Source: Octopus sinensis
Taxonomy: Eukaryota
Direction: 5' to 3'
DNA length: 64,000 nucleotides
Assembly (NCBI RefSeq): GCF_006345805.1
Contig: NC_043000.1
Span: 68,200,001-68,264,000, forward strand
The notes below the pieces were generated by a model that made no database searches, was not told the origin of the DNA, and was given only the letters and a program-made list of their open reading frames with translations. Shown here piece by piece: positions 38,286 through 50,544 of the stretch. Positions within the stretch are counted from its first letter, which is position 1; every line of letters begins with the position of its first letter. Position numbers and translations under genes: made by a program.

Positions 38286-39677
38286 TTAAACTGAAGTGAC
38301 TGCTTCATGATTAATAAAATATTTCTTAGATTTTTTCTTTTTCTGCCAAAGAAATTTAGCTTCCTTGCCAGCACGAATTTGCCGAAGAGGCCTAAACACA
38401 CACGGTAATAATAAAATAATCTTGAAAAAAAGAACAGTAAGTGGAAGTATACTGGAAATAAAAGTAAACGATCGAATCAAAACGAATGGTTTTGTCAAAG
38501 TAATCCACCAAGGAGCCCCGTATATTAGAACGTGTGTAATACCAACAGCTAAAGTAAAGTAGCCGAGGTAAGATTGTATTAGAGCGAACTCGTGCCAATT
38601 CAAACGTTCTAATATGGAAGGTATCGTAGAAACAGCTAAAATGGCCATAGATATATATGTGACAACACCGGCCAATAACATAATTTCGCCATGTTTGTAA
38701 AATGCATAGCGTTCTGGAACTTGAACAGTAATATTTCCTTCTAAGTTATAGTCTTTGTATTTCGCAACTACCAAAAAATGGTAAGGATTACCGGAAGCCA
38801 ATATCAGAACTGATATAATCATATGAAATGTGGCGAAGAAAAATGCCCACAGACCTATTTGTTTTCGAGATTTCAACCAGCGATCTAACCAGTTAGGAAA
38901 TCGTTTAATTTTGTTACCGTAATAGAGCTGGAAAAATGCCGCCAGCTCTCCCGGTAGATAGCAACAAGCCAGGAGGAAAATGGCTGTGGTACAAACTGCT
39001 GGGTTGAAACGTCTCAGGGGGAAAGAACTCCAGTCAATTGTTTCTCTCATAAACATTCTAGCAATCGACCATAGCGTAAATAGCAAAAACGATACCCACG
39101 CAAAAATTGTTGGCGAAATCCATTCAGGAAATATTTTAGCAGCAGTATGTTCAATATCACGAGCAGAACGCAGCATACCTCTGTCAATGGGTGTGAAACC
39201 TATATTTCGAGTTAACTGCATCACTCTTGTTTTAGCTTCAGCATCATCACTACAAATAAAAACGTTTTTACTACCACCAAAACTTTCCGACAGGAGGGCC
39301 CAAGATGACAGAACATTAAATCCCTTCACGACGCGTGCACCCGTGTATTCACACAATTGTTCAGCATTAGATATTTCTTTATCTATGGTGTCATTTGAAA
39401 CCTCAACTATTACTTTTCCTCTCAGTTGTTTCTTAAACTGAGACAATGTTGAATAGTGAATCGGTCGAATGGCAACAATAACCATATCAGAATGCTTTAT
39501 ACAACTATCAATATCAACGACCTCTATATCTGAGAAATATCTGTCAATGACTTCTAAGGAACGATTTGAAGGATCTCGACTTCCCATGATCACATCATAG
39601 TTGCACTTGAAAGCTCTCAAAGCGAATGCTCGAGCAAAATCTCCTGTGCCAAGAATGCTTATTTTCTTAGAATCCAT
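38286..39677 (-). CDS. STEAP: STEAP-family metalloreductase (STEAP2/3/4-type, with N-terminal NADPH oxidoreductase domain), 463 aa
   Basis: GTGDFAR Rossmann motif, GSRDP, VVKGFNVLSSWAL, YLPGxxAAxxQLYxGxKxxRFPxWLDxWLxxRKQIGL, TSxPSI..LNWxEF..IQSxLGY, heme His in FHMII and THVLIYG, six hydrophobic segments. No stops. Confidence 0.97.
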   Translation of the reverse strand: MDSKKISILGTGDFARAFALRAFKCNYDVIMGSRDPSNRSLEVIDRYFSDIEVVDIDSCIKHSDMVIVAIRPIHYSTLSQFKKQLRGKVIVEVSNDTIDKEISNAEQLCEYTGARVVKGFNVLSSWALLSESFGGSKNVFICSDDAEAKTRVMQLTRNIGFTPIDRGMLRSARDIEHTAAKIFPEWISPTIFAWVSFLLFTLWSIARMFMRETIDWSSFPLRRFNPAVCTTAIFLLACCYLPGELAAFFQLYYGNKIKRFPNWLDRWLKSRKQIGLWAFFFATFHMIISVLILASGNPYHFLVVAKYKDYNLEGNITVQVPERYAFYKHGEIMLLAGVVTYISMAILAVSTIPSILERLNWHEFALIQSYLGYFTLAVGITHVLIYGAPWWITLTKPFVLIRSFTFISSILPLTVLFFKIILLLPCVFRPLRQIRAGKEAKFLWQKKKKSKKYFINHEAVTSV

Positions 39678-39710
39678 GGTTTAACTGGAAGTTGAGTAAG
39701 AAAGAGTTAT

Positions 39711-39735
39711 CTGAAAGAGAAAAAAAAACGGTAAA
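39711..39735 (-). promoter_or_regulatory. 3' splice site of the STEAP 5'-UTR intron
   Basis: Minus strand TTTTTTTTTCTCTTTCAG|ATAAC, 33 nt upstream of the ATG. Confidence 0.75.
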
Positions 39736-39899
39736 CAACAAATTAGATGTAGTACTTACTACACATGCGATAGAGTTGTAAGAGCTCGTTTTTTGGGATT
39801 TATAGCCAAGAATCGAAACCCTAACCTAGATTTCCCTGCGAGACCTTTGCCTTTCTTTCGGCGTTAATACCCAGAGACTTATGGGGCCACCTGTCAAAC

Positions 39900-40202
39900 T
39901 TGTATTGATTCCTTTGTCTGAGTTAGAATTCTACGGTCATTTGGATGTTATTGATAGATAAGATATATATATTCCTTTGTTCACGAACATACATTCAGTT
40001 TTCCCCATAAATATAAATAGGAACTCTGAGAGAACATCAGCGGTCAGTTTTCCTTCGCTTCCACAAGCTGTATGACTTCTCTTTATTGCGAGCAGCTTTT
40101 CGTACAAGACACGATCAATCATTGTTGTCATTCACCTTGTACTGCTGAAATGCCGACTACTACAGCCTTTGTTACATTTGGTGAACCCGACGTGATTCGA
40201 AC
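39900..40202 (+). mobile_element. LTR remnant (family Y) with tRNA-Trp primer-binding site
   Basis: TATAAATAGG (about 40012) and TCAGTT initiator-like motif, end ...TGTTACA (40176), PBS TGGTGAACCCGACGTGATTCGAAC (40179-40202). The 5' boundary is approximate. Confidence 0.6.
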
Positions 40203-40649
40203 CTCCTCTTTCATTTTCCCGTTGCCATCGTCATCTTCACATCTTCTAAACAAGTGGATAAGATATTGAAATTGCTCAGAGTTCGCGATTTAAAATCCAC
40301 TTGAAGCGTTTCGTTCTTTTTCTTAGCAAAATAGTTTATTTAATGCTTATTTTATACTTCCTTTTTACTATAAGCTGTGAGGAAACATTCAGGAAGATTT
40401 ATCAAGTATCGATACGGACCTCTGATCACTAATGAGCAGATAGATCAATTATTTAATGCATTATGTACTATTATATCTATCAGTTTTATGTGAGTTCCAA
40501 AGGCGCCATAGAATGCATTTCCATGTTTCAGAAATGTATGCGGCATTGTCAATTTTGGGAGATGAAACCGATGTGTTTGAACGCTACATCAACTTAGCAT
40601 TGTTGTAGGATTTCTTTTGTTGTGCTTGATGTTATTTTAGTGTTTCATC

Positions 40650-41161
40650 TGTTGTGTAGAGTATGTAGTGGATCTAGCATGCATGAAGTGGATTCGAACC
40701 ACCACAGCCAAATTTAAATTAACACTGCTACAGAACTTTTCCCACGATGGAACAATGGTTTTTCCGTGACAGCAGTTTTACATTTTCCAGATGCCTTTAG
40801 CTAGGCCGAAATAATGTCTTCACCACTTGACCCTTTCTAACCTCTTCTACTTCACCAAAAGCTAGAATAGAGATAACAAGACCACCAACTAAATCTATTG
40901 TTTTCAATGATATATCTATCCTTCTAGATAGTTATAAAAGCAAGTATACCCCAAGCAAAAATCAGTTCGTCGCAGTCGTGACGACTCAACGGAGTAGTCA
41001 CCTTGGTGACAAACTCGTGAGTTGAGAGAGAGCTAACATCAGTTAGTGAACTGACCACTAGAATCATGGAGGCAGATAGACAAAACGGCCAGAGGGAAAA
41101 AGAAAGACAACGTTCCACACTCTCTCACTCTCACTAGCTCCAATTCTGTTCTCTTACAACA
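40650..41161 (+). mobile_element. LTR-like repeat X (copy 2), possible solo LTR
   Basis: TGTTG...CAACA termini, flanks TCATC/TCATA, TATAAAAG at about 40933. Homologous to 16700-17008 plus 18231-18390. Confidence 0.5.
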
Positions 41162-41477
41162 TCATACTGTGGATCTTGCATGCATGAAGTGGATTCGATC
41201 CACCATAAATATATACAATGTAAGTTTCATTACTTTGTTGAGTAGTGTTCGTGATTTCTATGTGGTGTGTGAGTTGTATGATAATGTTGGATGTTGATTG
41301 CGTGGACTTTGTACCGTGTGAGTTGCATGATGCTAGGTGGAAACTGTATTTTAATGTGATTTGTTGGTGCTATAGAATCGGGTGTCAGTTATATAAGAGT
41401 ATGTATTGTGTCAGTCCATTGGGTGCTTCTGTTTAGAGTATGTACAGTGTGAATTGTGTTTTGTGTATATCTTTTTT

Positions 41478-41803
41478 GAAGGCGCATGGCTTAGTGGTTA
41501 GCGTATTCAGCTTACGATCGTAAAGTTGTGAATTCGGTTCCCGGCGGTACGTTGTATCCTTGAGCAAGACACTTTATTTCTTGTTACTCTAGTTCATTCA
41601 GCTGGCAAAAATATATATGTAAGCCAAATGGCCCGCCTTGACACGTTCTGCACCACGCTTAATCTCCTTGAGAACTACGTTAAGGGTATGTGTGTCTGTG
41701 GAGCACTCAGCCACTTGCACGTTAATTTCACGAGCAGGCTGTTCTGTTGGTCGGGTCAACTGGTCGGATCAGTACATGTCGTCGTCGTGCCCGACGGAGT
41801 GCC
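41478..41803 (+). repeat. SINE family C
   Basis: GGCGCATGGCTTAGTGGTTAGCG head and CCTTGAGCAAGACACTT. Confidence 0.75.
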
Positions 41804-42644
41804 TATTTTTGATATCTGTTGTATACCTTATATGCATAAAGCTACAGGTACGTATTCTGCAATAGTCACAACTCTAAATATTGAATTAACATCTCGTAGG
41901 TAATTCTCACTAATTCCACAGTTCCATGATCGGTATTGATCAGATGCTCGTTTAACTAATTATTTAAAGCAACGTGAGAATCAATACCTTGTCATCCAGT
42001 TTGGTAGAATAGTAACGAAATATCCCTAAAATCTTGGCGTCCTAAAAGTGGTAAAGACACAGTAGGTAGTATAATTGCAGATACATTTGACTGTAGGTCT
42101 TCAGACTCAGGACTGGTCTGGTGTTAAAAAATAACAACACAGTTTAAATTTTAAAAGTATACTGAAATATTTTACATGAATTATCTCGTTTGAATATGTT
42201 GTCTTCCAATTGATTTTTACTGAATATAGCCAATGCATGTATTCTATCTATCTTTATGTTATTTTACTACTGTCAGCCAATTGGCTTTGGCCATGTTGAT
42301 ACAGCGCCACGTATCCTAAGACTTCTAATCTTCAGATCTTTCATTTAAATTTAAGAAACTATAATGCTTTCCAGAAGCCTTTACACGCTCGCGTGATCGA
42401 TTAAAAATAGCAGCGAAATCACTCACGAATTGTATTAGTTCAGACGCTCAGCCGGGCGCAAAAGATGGGGAGGTCAAGGCCAGAACAACATTTATTATGG
42501 GTCTGCGTATCAAACAATGATATGAGGCTGTAAAAAAAAGTAGGTGGAGTAGAAAATGAAGAGGAGGAGACGAGAGTGGGAGGGGGGGAAGGAGAAAAAA
42601 AATCTTGTATATTATATAATATAGATTTCAAATTATGACACAAA

Positions 42645-42837
42645 GTCAGCAATTTCGGAGGCAGGAGTTAGTCGATTACGCCCACACCATTGCTTGATTG
42701 ATATTTATTTTATCGATCCCAAAGGGATGAACATCAAAGTCGACCTCAGTGGAATTTGAATTGAGAATGTAAAGACGGATGAAATTCCGCTAAGCAGTTC
42801 ACTCGGCGCGACTAACAATTCTGCCAGCTCGCCGCCT
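42645..42837 (-). repeat. SINE family A (further decayed copies at about 42890-43025 and 43280-43420)
   Basis: ctgccagctcgccgcc head and ggaatttgaa B-box complement. Confidence 0.75.
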
Positions 42838-43070
42838 TTGCATATTATGTTGATTTCTAACATAGGTATATGGCCTCAAGTTTTGTAGGAGAAAAAGTTG
42901 ATTATAATGAACTCCATTTCCTAATTAGTCCTTATTTTACCAACCTCAGAACGATCAAAAGCAAAGATAACTTAAGCAGGATTCGAAATTAGAATGTAAA
43001 GAGGCCTCTGACAACTCTGTCAGCGTTCTCACACACACACACACTCTCTCTATCTATTCATCTACGTATG

Positions 43071-43162
<92 letters not shown>

Positions 43163-44392
43163 TATATAATTTCTTCTTAAGGGCACTCTTGAGAGAAACA
43201 GAATGCTTTAGGCATTTTAAATGCCTTCTTCAAATTTTATTAAAACCGATTTTTCTATATTTCTAGAGATAAAGAGAGTAAATGAGAAGAACCGGGCCTA
43301 ATACTAGACTGCTGTTTGATTTATCAACCTCAAAAGGATGAAAAGCAACCTTGACTTCTGTGGGATTAGAACTGAAAGTGCAAGGACTCGGAACGAACTC
43401 TATCTGATGCTCAACGACTCTGCGAACTCACATTTTGTGTGGGCGCGCACCTGTGTGTGTATGCATGCGCGTGTATGTGCGCGCGTATATATGTGTGTGT
43501 GTATGTGTATGTACACACTTACATGTATATACATAAACATACCAACATAAATTTTTGTTGACTCACCAAGACATGATATATTACAGAAGTCAATAAGTAA
43601 GCTAAGTTGATTTTTATCACTTTCCCGAAAAGTCAAAATATATTAATTAGAGCCGTGAATTTTTACATATTTTCAGATGTTTTAGTTGTGAAACTACGTT
43701 TAAATCCCCCTCCCCACCAAAAAACCCCATTGAAATACACCTTAGCTGTGGGATCAGTTATGACCCAGAAGAGAAACGGATATATGTTTCATTTCGTTTT
43801 TTAGCACTGTGATCGATGGGAATTAGCACTGCTTTTTTCTTTCACCTCATTTAATGAACTACAAACTGGTGGAAAATACGACTAATTAACAGACGATAGC
43901 ATAGCACAGTAGCTCTCAGTCGGTTTCTAGGTCTCCCACAAATTTTTAAAACCATATCCAAAGCTTTAAAAATAATTTATACTGGTTTATAATCTTGAAA
44001 AACCTGATAAAAATAATTTTATTATAAAAGTGTTTTATTAATAAAGTATGAAAACAACATTTTTCTACATCCTCTTTTTAAATGTTTAACTTGTAAGCAA
44101 CTGTTGTCTGCCTGCTCATTCAAAGAGCACTGCAAATATTTTCATTTGATTCCATGTGTATCACAAAGTTAAAAAAAAATTGCGAACCACTGTTTTAGTT
44201 TCATAACCACAGAGTAGGAAATATTATTTCAAAAATTTGAACTTTGCAGCGAAGTGACTGTCAAGGGTGCCTCCTCTTTTGATCATTTGTGAAATGTCAA
44301 AATATTTAGTTTTGGCTCAAACAAAACAGATTTCGCATATCAAAACAAAACAAAAAAAGCACGCACATAGTAAAAAGCACCCACCCACAAAA

Positions 44393-44530
44393 GGCGCAGG
44401 CATGGGTGTGTGGTAAGATGGTCACTTTGTAGACACATGATTTCAGGTTCAGTCCTACTTCGCAACATTTAGCCGCATGACGATCAATGCCTGTGAATGT
44501 ATTTTGGAGGCGGAAACTGTGCGGAAGTCT

Positions 44531-44572
<42 letters not shown>

Positions 44573-44576
44573 TATA

Positions 44577-44633
<57 letters not shown>

Positions 44634-44820
44634 CATTTGCTAGTGCGTTCGCTTGACAACTGGTGTTGATTTGTTTAAATTCCTGTAATTTTGCCGTTCA
44701 GCACGAAGAAAACCGATAGAATAAGCACCAGACTTAAAGAACTAGTGTTGGAGTTCGATTTAATTGATCAAATCCTTTGAAGCGGGACGCTGGCTTCACC
44801 GCAGTCAATAAGTAAAATAA
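44393..44820 (+). repeat. SINE family B, decayed
   Basis: GGCGCAGGCATGGGTGTGTGGTAAG head and cttgacaac..gatagaataagcacc tail. Confidence 0.7.
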
Positions 44821-45079
44821 TAAGAGAATGAACGAACTCGACAGGCCAGATATATCAGCTGCATCAGCTATTTTATCTCACAAGAGCCTTCCTTCAGCTG
44901 CGACGCCTTCATCCCAATTTGGCGAAGACAAGTGGACGCCCGGAACCCGAAGATGGAGTCAGAAAGAAACCGGTACCAGTGGAACATTGAGATTGATGTA
45001 ATTGACTAACCTTCCTACAATGATTTTAGGACTTGTGCCTATAGAAGAAAGCATAATATATATAATTAAATTATATATT

Positions 45080-45214
<135 letters not shown>

Positions 45215-45669
45215 GTCTGTGTGTGAGTTAGTGTCAGTCCCCAACTGCCGCTTGAAAACCTGTGTTGGTTCGTTGACGTTCTCATGACTTAGTGGTTCGG
45301 CAAAACAACCCGATCGATTTGTTCGACTAAAATCCCTCAAGGAGGTGAACCAGCATGGCCGTAAAAGATGAAAAAAAAACGTATTTGTGGTAATGTGTAT
45401 GTATATGTGTACTTGGTAATGTGAATATATCGAAGTGTGAGCGTGAATGTGTGTGTGTGTGTGGTGTGTGTGTGTGTGGTGAAATAACTTTTCAACCACC
45501 TCTCCTACAGTCAACCAATCCGATACATAAAATATGACAACTTTTATTGATCACACTAATAAGAATATTTGTACTATGCTTTTGCTTTCTATATCTCCGG
45601 GAGTGGTCAATATAAGTACCAGTCAGATACTGGCGTTGATTCAATCTACCATACTCCTCTTCTGTAACA

Positions 45670-46187
45670 CAAGGGTCTCCAACCACCAGGCTTTGGACCA
45701 GTGCTTAGGCCGTGGACCAGAGCGAGCCGTGGATAATTTTTGATACTGGGCCGCACAGTCTAATAAGAGTAAAATCAAAATGCATAATATACTAAATAAT
45801 ATTTACATTTGCATTATATATGCATAATAACAGGGGTGGCGAGCTGGCAGAATCGTTAGCATGCCGGACAAAAATGCTACATTTCGTCTACCTTTAAATT
45901 CTAAGATCAAATTTCACCAAAGGCGACATCATTTCAGGGTTGATAAAATAAGTACCAGTGGAGTATTAGGATCGACGTAATTGACTAACCACTCACTCCC
46001 ACTATAATTTTAGGACTTGTGCCTATAGAAAAAAGGATAATATATATATAACATATATAACTATTAAATTATATATTATAGGCTTTGTTGTGTTTTGTTA
46101 TGCGCGAGATCCCCGCCACCACCACAATCTGTAGAAAAATTGTCTTGCATGAAACCAGTCATCTCTTTAGTTGGTTCTTACATTACT
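45670..46187 (+). mobile_element. hAT/Charlie-type MITE (MER1-like ends) interrupted by SINE A (45835-46035)
   Basis: CAAGGGTCTCCAACC..GGACC..CTGGGCCGCACAG 5' part and GAAAAATTGTCTTGCATGAAACCAGTC 3' part. Confidence 0.55.
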
Positions 46188-46294
46188 TTTTTGAGAAATT
46201 GTTTTGTTTTGCCAATAAAATATAGCAAAATGACAAATCCAATATCAAACAAAAGCACAGTAAAATTTTTAAAAATCATAAAAATCAAACTCAC

Positions 46295-46450
46295 CTGAAG
46301 TTGCAGATAATTTCAGTGAAATATTATGAGCCTTTTTTTTTTTTTTTCTTAAAAAAATGTAGTCAAAAAATTCTCTATTCAGAAATATTTTTAGGGTTGT
46401 ATTAATTGTCTGCTGTGTGAAACCACTTTTGAAATCCTTTCAGCTGTTAT
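46295..46450 (-). other. STEAP: Candidate non-coding 5' exon of STEAP
   Basis: Strong minus-strand donor CAG|GTGAGT at 46295/46294 in non-repetitive DNA upstream of the 39711 acceptor. The 5' end is unknown. Confidence 0.45.
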
Positions 46451-46603
46451 TGAAAAATATGGGAGTTCTTTGAATTAACATATATAGTTGTTATATAAAT
46501 TGCAGTCTAACAGGAAGTCAAACTGTGTATAAGTGTGTGTCAGACTGAAATGAACACACACACACGCACACACACGCACACACACACAGTCTCTTTCTTT
46601 TCT

Positions 46604-46684
<81 letters not shown>

Positions 46685-47055
46685 TTCACACACACACACG
46701 TATATCAGCGCACGTACATATACACGTACATAATACACATAATTTAAGTATCATTAGAACTACCATCTTCGCCACCGCCGCCGCATCATATTATTACCTC
46801 TGTACACATATTCATATCAGTTACACCATTTTCCTGCTAACCCTCGTGTCATCCTAAACTACGTCACGAAGAATCTTTCTCTTCAACGCCGCCCTTAGTT
46901 GAAAACATTAACTTTGAATACTACAGAACCCTACTTCCGCAAACACTAATAATGTCAAATCATAACAAGTCCACTTTGGTGCCATCACCATTATCACCAT
47001 CATCACCGTCTCCAAGATCGTCCCTGCCGCCGTCACTACTAAACCACCACCACCA

Positions 47056-47095
<40 letters not shown>

Positions 47096-47493
47096 GGACT
47101 ACTACCACTGCTGCTGCTGCCACATCATATTCACCCCTCACACTGAAACTTACCCTACAACCACTTCTACTCCCGCTTAACAGTACCCCCATCACCACCA
47201 CCACCACCACTATTACAAAACTAACGCCAATAACGCCACCGATCCCCACCCCCGTCACATCAACTCCATCACTACCATCATGTCGATAAGTTCATCATAT
47301 TTTTCAATGACAGTCAAGACAGTCAAAATTCAAACTTTGGCGGCGATTTCATTTTGGTAACACTTCATTATTTAAAAAAATAATTCTTTAATGATGTCTT
47401 ATTAATATTCCATTTAAGCGTGCATGTGTGAGAGAGTGTGTTAGTGCATGTGTGTAAGTGCGTGCGTGCGTGCGTGCGTGCGTGTGTGTGAGA

Positions 47494-47563
<70 letters not shown>

Positions 47564-47675
47564 ACGTGTGATTTAATTTATTGAATCTATGTATCATTCT
47601 GTACATGTCAGTATATGTGAATATGTATATCAGTACATAGTGTTTTCTGTTCTCCTGGAGTCTGCTAACATAGCT

Positions 47676-47727
<52 letters not shown>

Positions 47728-47730
<3 letters not shown>

Positions 47731-48945
47731 GGTCATCCCATAAATAATGCGGTTTTTTTCAATTGTATGAACTAAAAGTCGGAGGTGGACAGGATAAACT
47801 ACCTGCATCAACTTACTTTAAAAGCAGGTAGTAATTTTACTTTGTATTTATTCTTAATGCAAGTTTTGAAGAGTGCACCTCGATTTTAACAGCTATAATG
47901 GAAGTGACAAAGGACCATATTCTGCTTTATGAGTTCAACAGCGCAACGGAAAGTGCGAGGAATATTAATGCAATATATGGTGATCGAACAATAAGCGTAA
48001 CCCAGTGTCAACGGTGGTTTCAGAAATTTCGAGTCGGAAACTACAGTCTAGAAGATGAGCCTCGTCCTGGAAGATCTTTAGAACTCGACGAGGACGTCAT
48101 GCAAACTCTGGTGGAACAAAATCCCATCGTAACTGCTGAGGAACTAGCAGAGAAGCTTGAATTTGGTCATTCAACTACTCATCGACACCTGCGTGCTATC
48201 GGAAGTCAGCAAATTGGGTCAATGGGTTCCTCTCAAACTCTCCGAGTTTAATCGCGCGCAGAGAGTGAATGTGTGCTCTTCTTTGCTGTCACGTCTCACG
48301 AATGAACCTTTGTTGGACCGAATAGTGACTGGCGACGAGTAATGGGTTCTCTATAAAAATGTCAAGCGTCGAAGACAGTGGATAGGGAAAGGAGAAACAT
48401 CGGCACCCCAGGCTAAAGAAGGTCTTCACCTACGTAAGGTGTCGTTATCTGTTTAGTGGGATATGAAACGTTTAGTTCACTTTGAACTTTTAAACCCAAA
48501 CCAAACGATAACAAAGGAGATCTACTCTGAGCAGTTTGAGCAGCTTAAGTCAGCGCTAGGAGAAAAACGACCATGTTTGGTTTCAAGATGAAAGGTGTTC
48601 TTCCATCAGGATAATGCTCGGCCACATACAGCGAGGATGAAATTCGAAAGGCTGGAGCAGTTTGAATGGGAAACGATGCCACACCCACCATATTCGCCGG
48701 ACATTGCCCCGTCTGATTATCATTTATTCGGCTGTCTACAAAATCATTTGGACGGAAAAATATGAATTCTGTAGACGAGGTTTGAACAGTACTGGAGGAG
48801 TATTTTTCATCACGGACAAGTGAATTTAGGAAGAGAGGCCTTGCAAGTCTACCAGATAGATGGAAGTGCATTGTAGAAAATGAAGGAGAGTACATTTTAG
48901 ATTAAAAGAAGTATAAAAAACCGCATTATTTATGGGATGACCCAA
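47728..48945 (+). mobile_element. Full-length decayed mariner (DD34D, Hsmar1/cecropia-like)
   Basis: About 30-bp TIRs (T)GGGTCATCCCATAAATAATGCGGTTTTT with TA flanks. EDEPRPGR, WVPLKL, TGDE, HQDNARPH and YSPDIAPSDY motifs with stops and frameshifts. Confidence 0.92.
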
Positions 48946-48948
48946 TAC

Positions 48949-49002
<54 letters not shown>

Positions 49003-49013
49003 ATATGTATATA

Positions 49014-49068
<55 letters not shown>

Positions 49069-49195
49069 ATATATATATCTATATATATATATATGTATAA
49101 TATATATATATATATATATGAATATATATATGTATATATATATACATATATACATACATATATATTTATATCTATATCTATATCTATTATATGTA

Positions 49196-49339
49196 TATAT
49201 ATTGTATAAGGGATCGTGGGTAAATCCAGAACAATGCGAAGTAAAAGCAAGGCAAATCACAAGAATACAAATCTTGTGATTTGCCTTGCTTTTACTTCTC
49301 ACTGTTCTGGCCTCACCCACGATCCTTTATACAATATAT
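49196..49339. repeat. Fold-back element (arms of about 65 bp, 7-nt loop) in (TA)n
   Basis: attgtataagggatcgtggg...caaatcacaaga-atacaaa-tcttgtgatttg...cccacgatcctttatacaat. Confidence 0.8.
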
Positions 49340-49482
49340 TCTACACAATTCTTCATAGTATCTATTCCATTATAATACATACATACATACATGCATACAT
49401 ACATACATACATACATACATACATACATACATACATACATACATACATACATACATACACACGCGCGCACACCCACACATAT

Positions 49483-49700
49483 ATCTACTACATATGTGGG
49501 AATCTGTGGGTGTGTTTGCTTGTGGCGTTGTTATTTAACTCCTCCTACATCTTTTTATCGATTTTGATGAAACTTGTCACGTGAGTAGATCTGATGTCTG
49601 GAAAATTAGTGTTATACTTAGATTGTTGAAAGAAAAATCGATAATAGGGCCCCTGGAAGGGATTCTTATATCTACTACATATAACTAATATATTATTTTT
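49483..49700 (+). mobile_element. Possible 5' part of a non-autonomous Helitron/DINE-like repeat
   Basis: A|TCTACTACATA start and tcgattttgatgaaactt motif. Confidence 0.3.
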
Positions 49701-50199
49701 AAACATCCAAAGGAAATAACCCATTCGCTCCTGAAAGAGATCCTTATATATAGCCAAGGGAAATAACCCATTCATGGTCATAAATTATTTCGTATAAATC
49801 AAATTGGGTATGTTTATTTCTTAGTATTTGAACTATTTGAGCTATTTTCGCAAATTATCTAGTACAACGCTTAAACAAGTAAATAGTATTTTCCTAAATA
49901 ATAGATCCACTTATTTCGGTTGGTCACTTATTCACGAATATACCAACACTAGCGCCGCTGAGGGCAATATTCTCTGCGAACGCACAAAAGCTTTTTTCTG
50001 AGTTATTTACTTTGAATTGTAAAAATCGAGAAGGCGAGGTATAGAAAACGCAGACACTAAACAACGGAAAACGAAAAACAAACTAAAATGTAAAATATAA
50101 AAAGTAAAAAGGTAAAAGAGCTATCCTCCTTAGAACTTAAATGATAAGGCTTGAAAGATATCAAGTCAGTCAGGAAGAGGCAGAATTTTCCAATTCTTC

Positions 50200-50530
50200 A
50201 AATTTTATTTATACATATGCATGCAACCACTGAAAATTTCTGACCTAGAGTTCAATAGCGAGTTAAGGATCTTAGATCTGAACAGGATCTGCGCTCTTTC
50301 AACCAAAGTCTACATTTATTCGATCCATTCACATAAGGTATGGATTTCTCAATTACTTTTCATTTAATCGCATGCGGTCTTTCGTTATATTTCAAAGTCC
50401 ATATGTAGCTAGCCAACTTAGTAGCTTTACTTTTGTCCCTATGCTGGAAGGATTGTGATTGGCATAGCGATTTTTAAATTCACCTTCACATAATCCAATA
50501 TAGGTTTTCTTAGTTATATTATTATTTAGG
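50200..50530 (-). pseudogene. Penelope-like element GIY-YIG endonuclease fragment
   Basis: KTYIGLCEGEFKNRYANH / SFQHRDKSKATKLASYIWTLK / PYVNGSNKCRL..LNSRSEI..C.H (frameshifted). Confidence 0.75.
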
Positions 50531-50544
50531 ATTAGCATGGGTAA

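Noticed and set aside
38980-39441. 153-aa plus-strand ORF
   Set aside because: Antisense shadow of the STEAP CDS.
40179-40202. tRNA-Trp gene on the minus strand
   Set aside because: Only the 3' 24 nt including CCA match, with no anticodon or D arm, so it is interpreted as a PBS.
40375-40489. Open phase 1-2 exon candidate with GTGAGT donor
   Set aside because: Weak AAG acceptor, and it lies right after an LTR PBS, probably in retroelement leader sequence. It is not excluded without RNA data.
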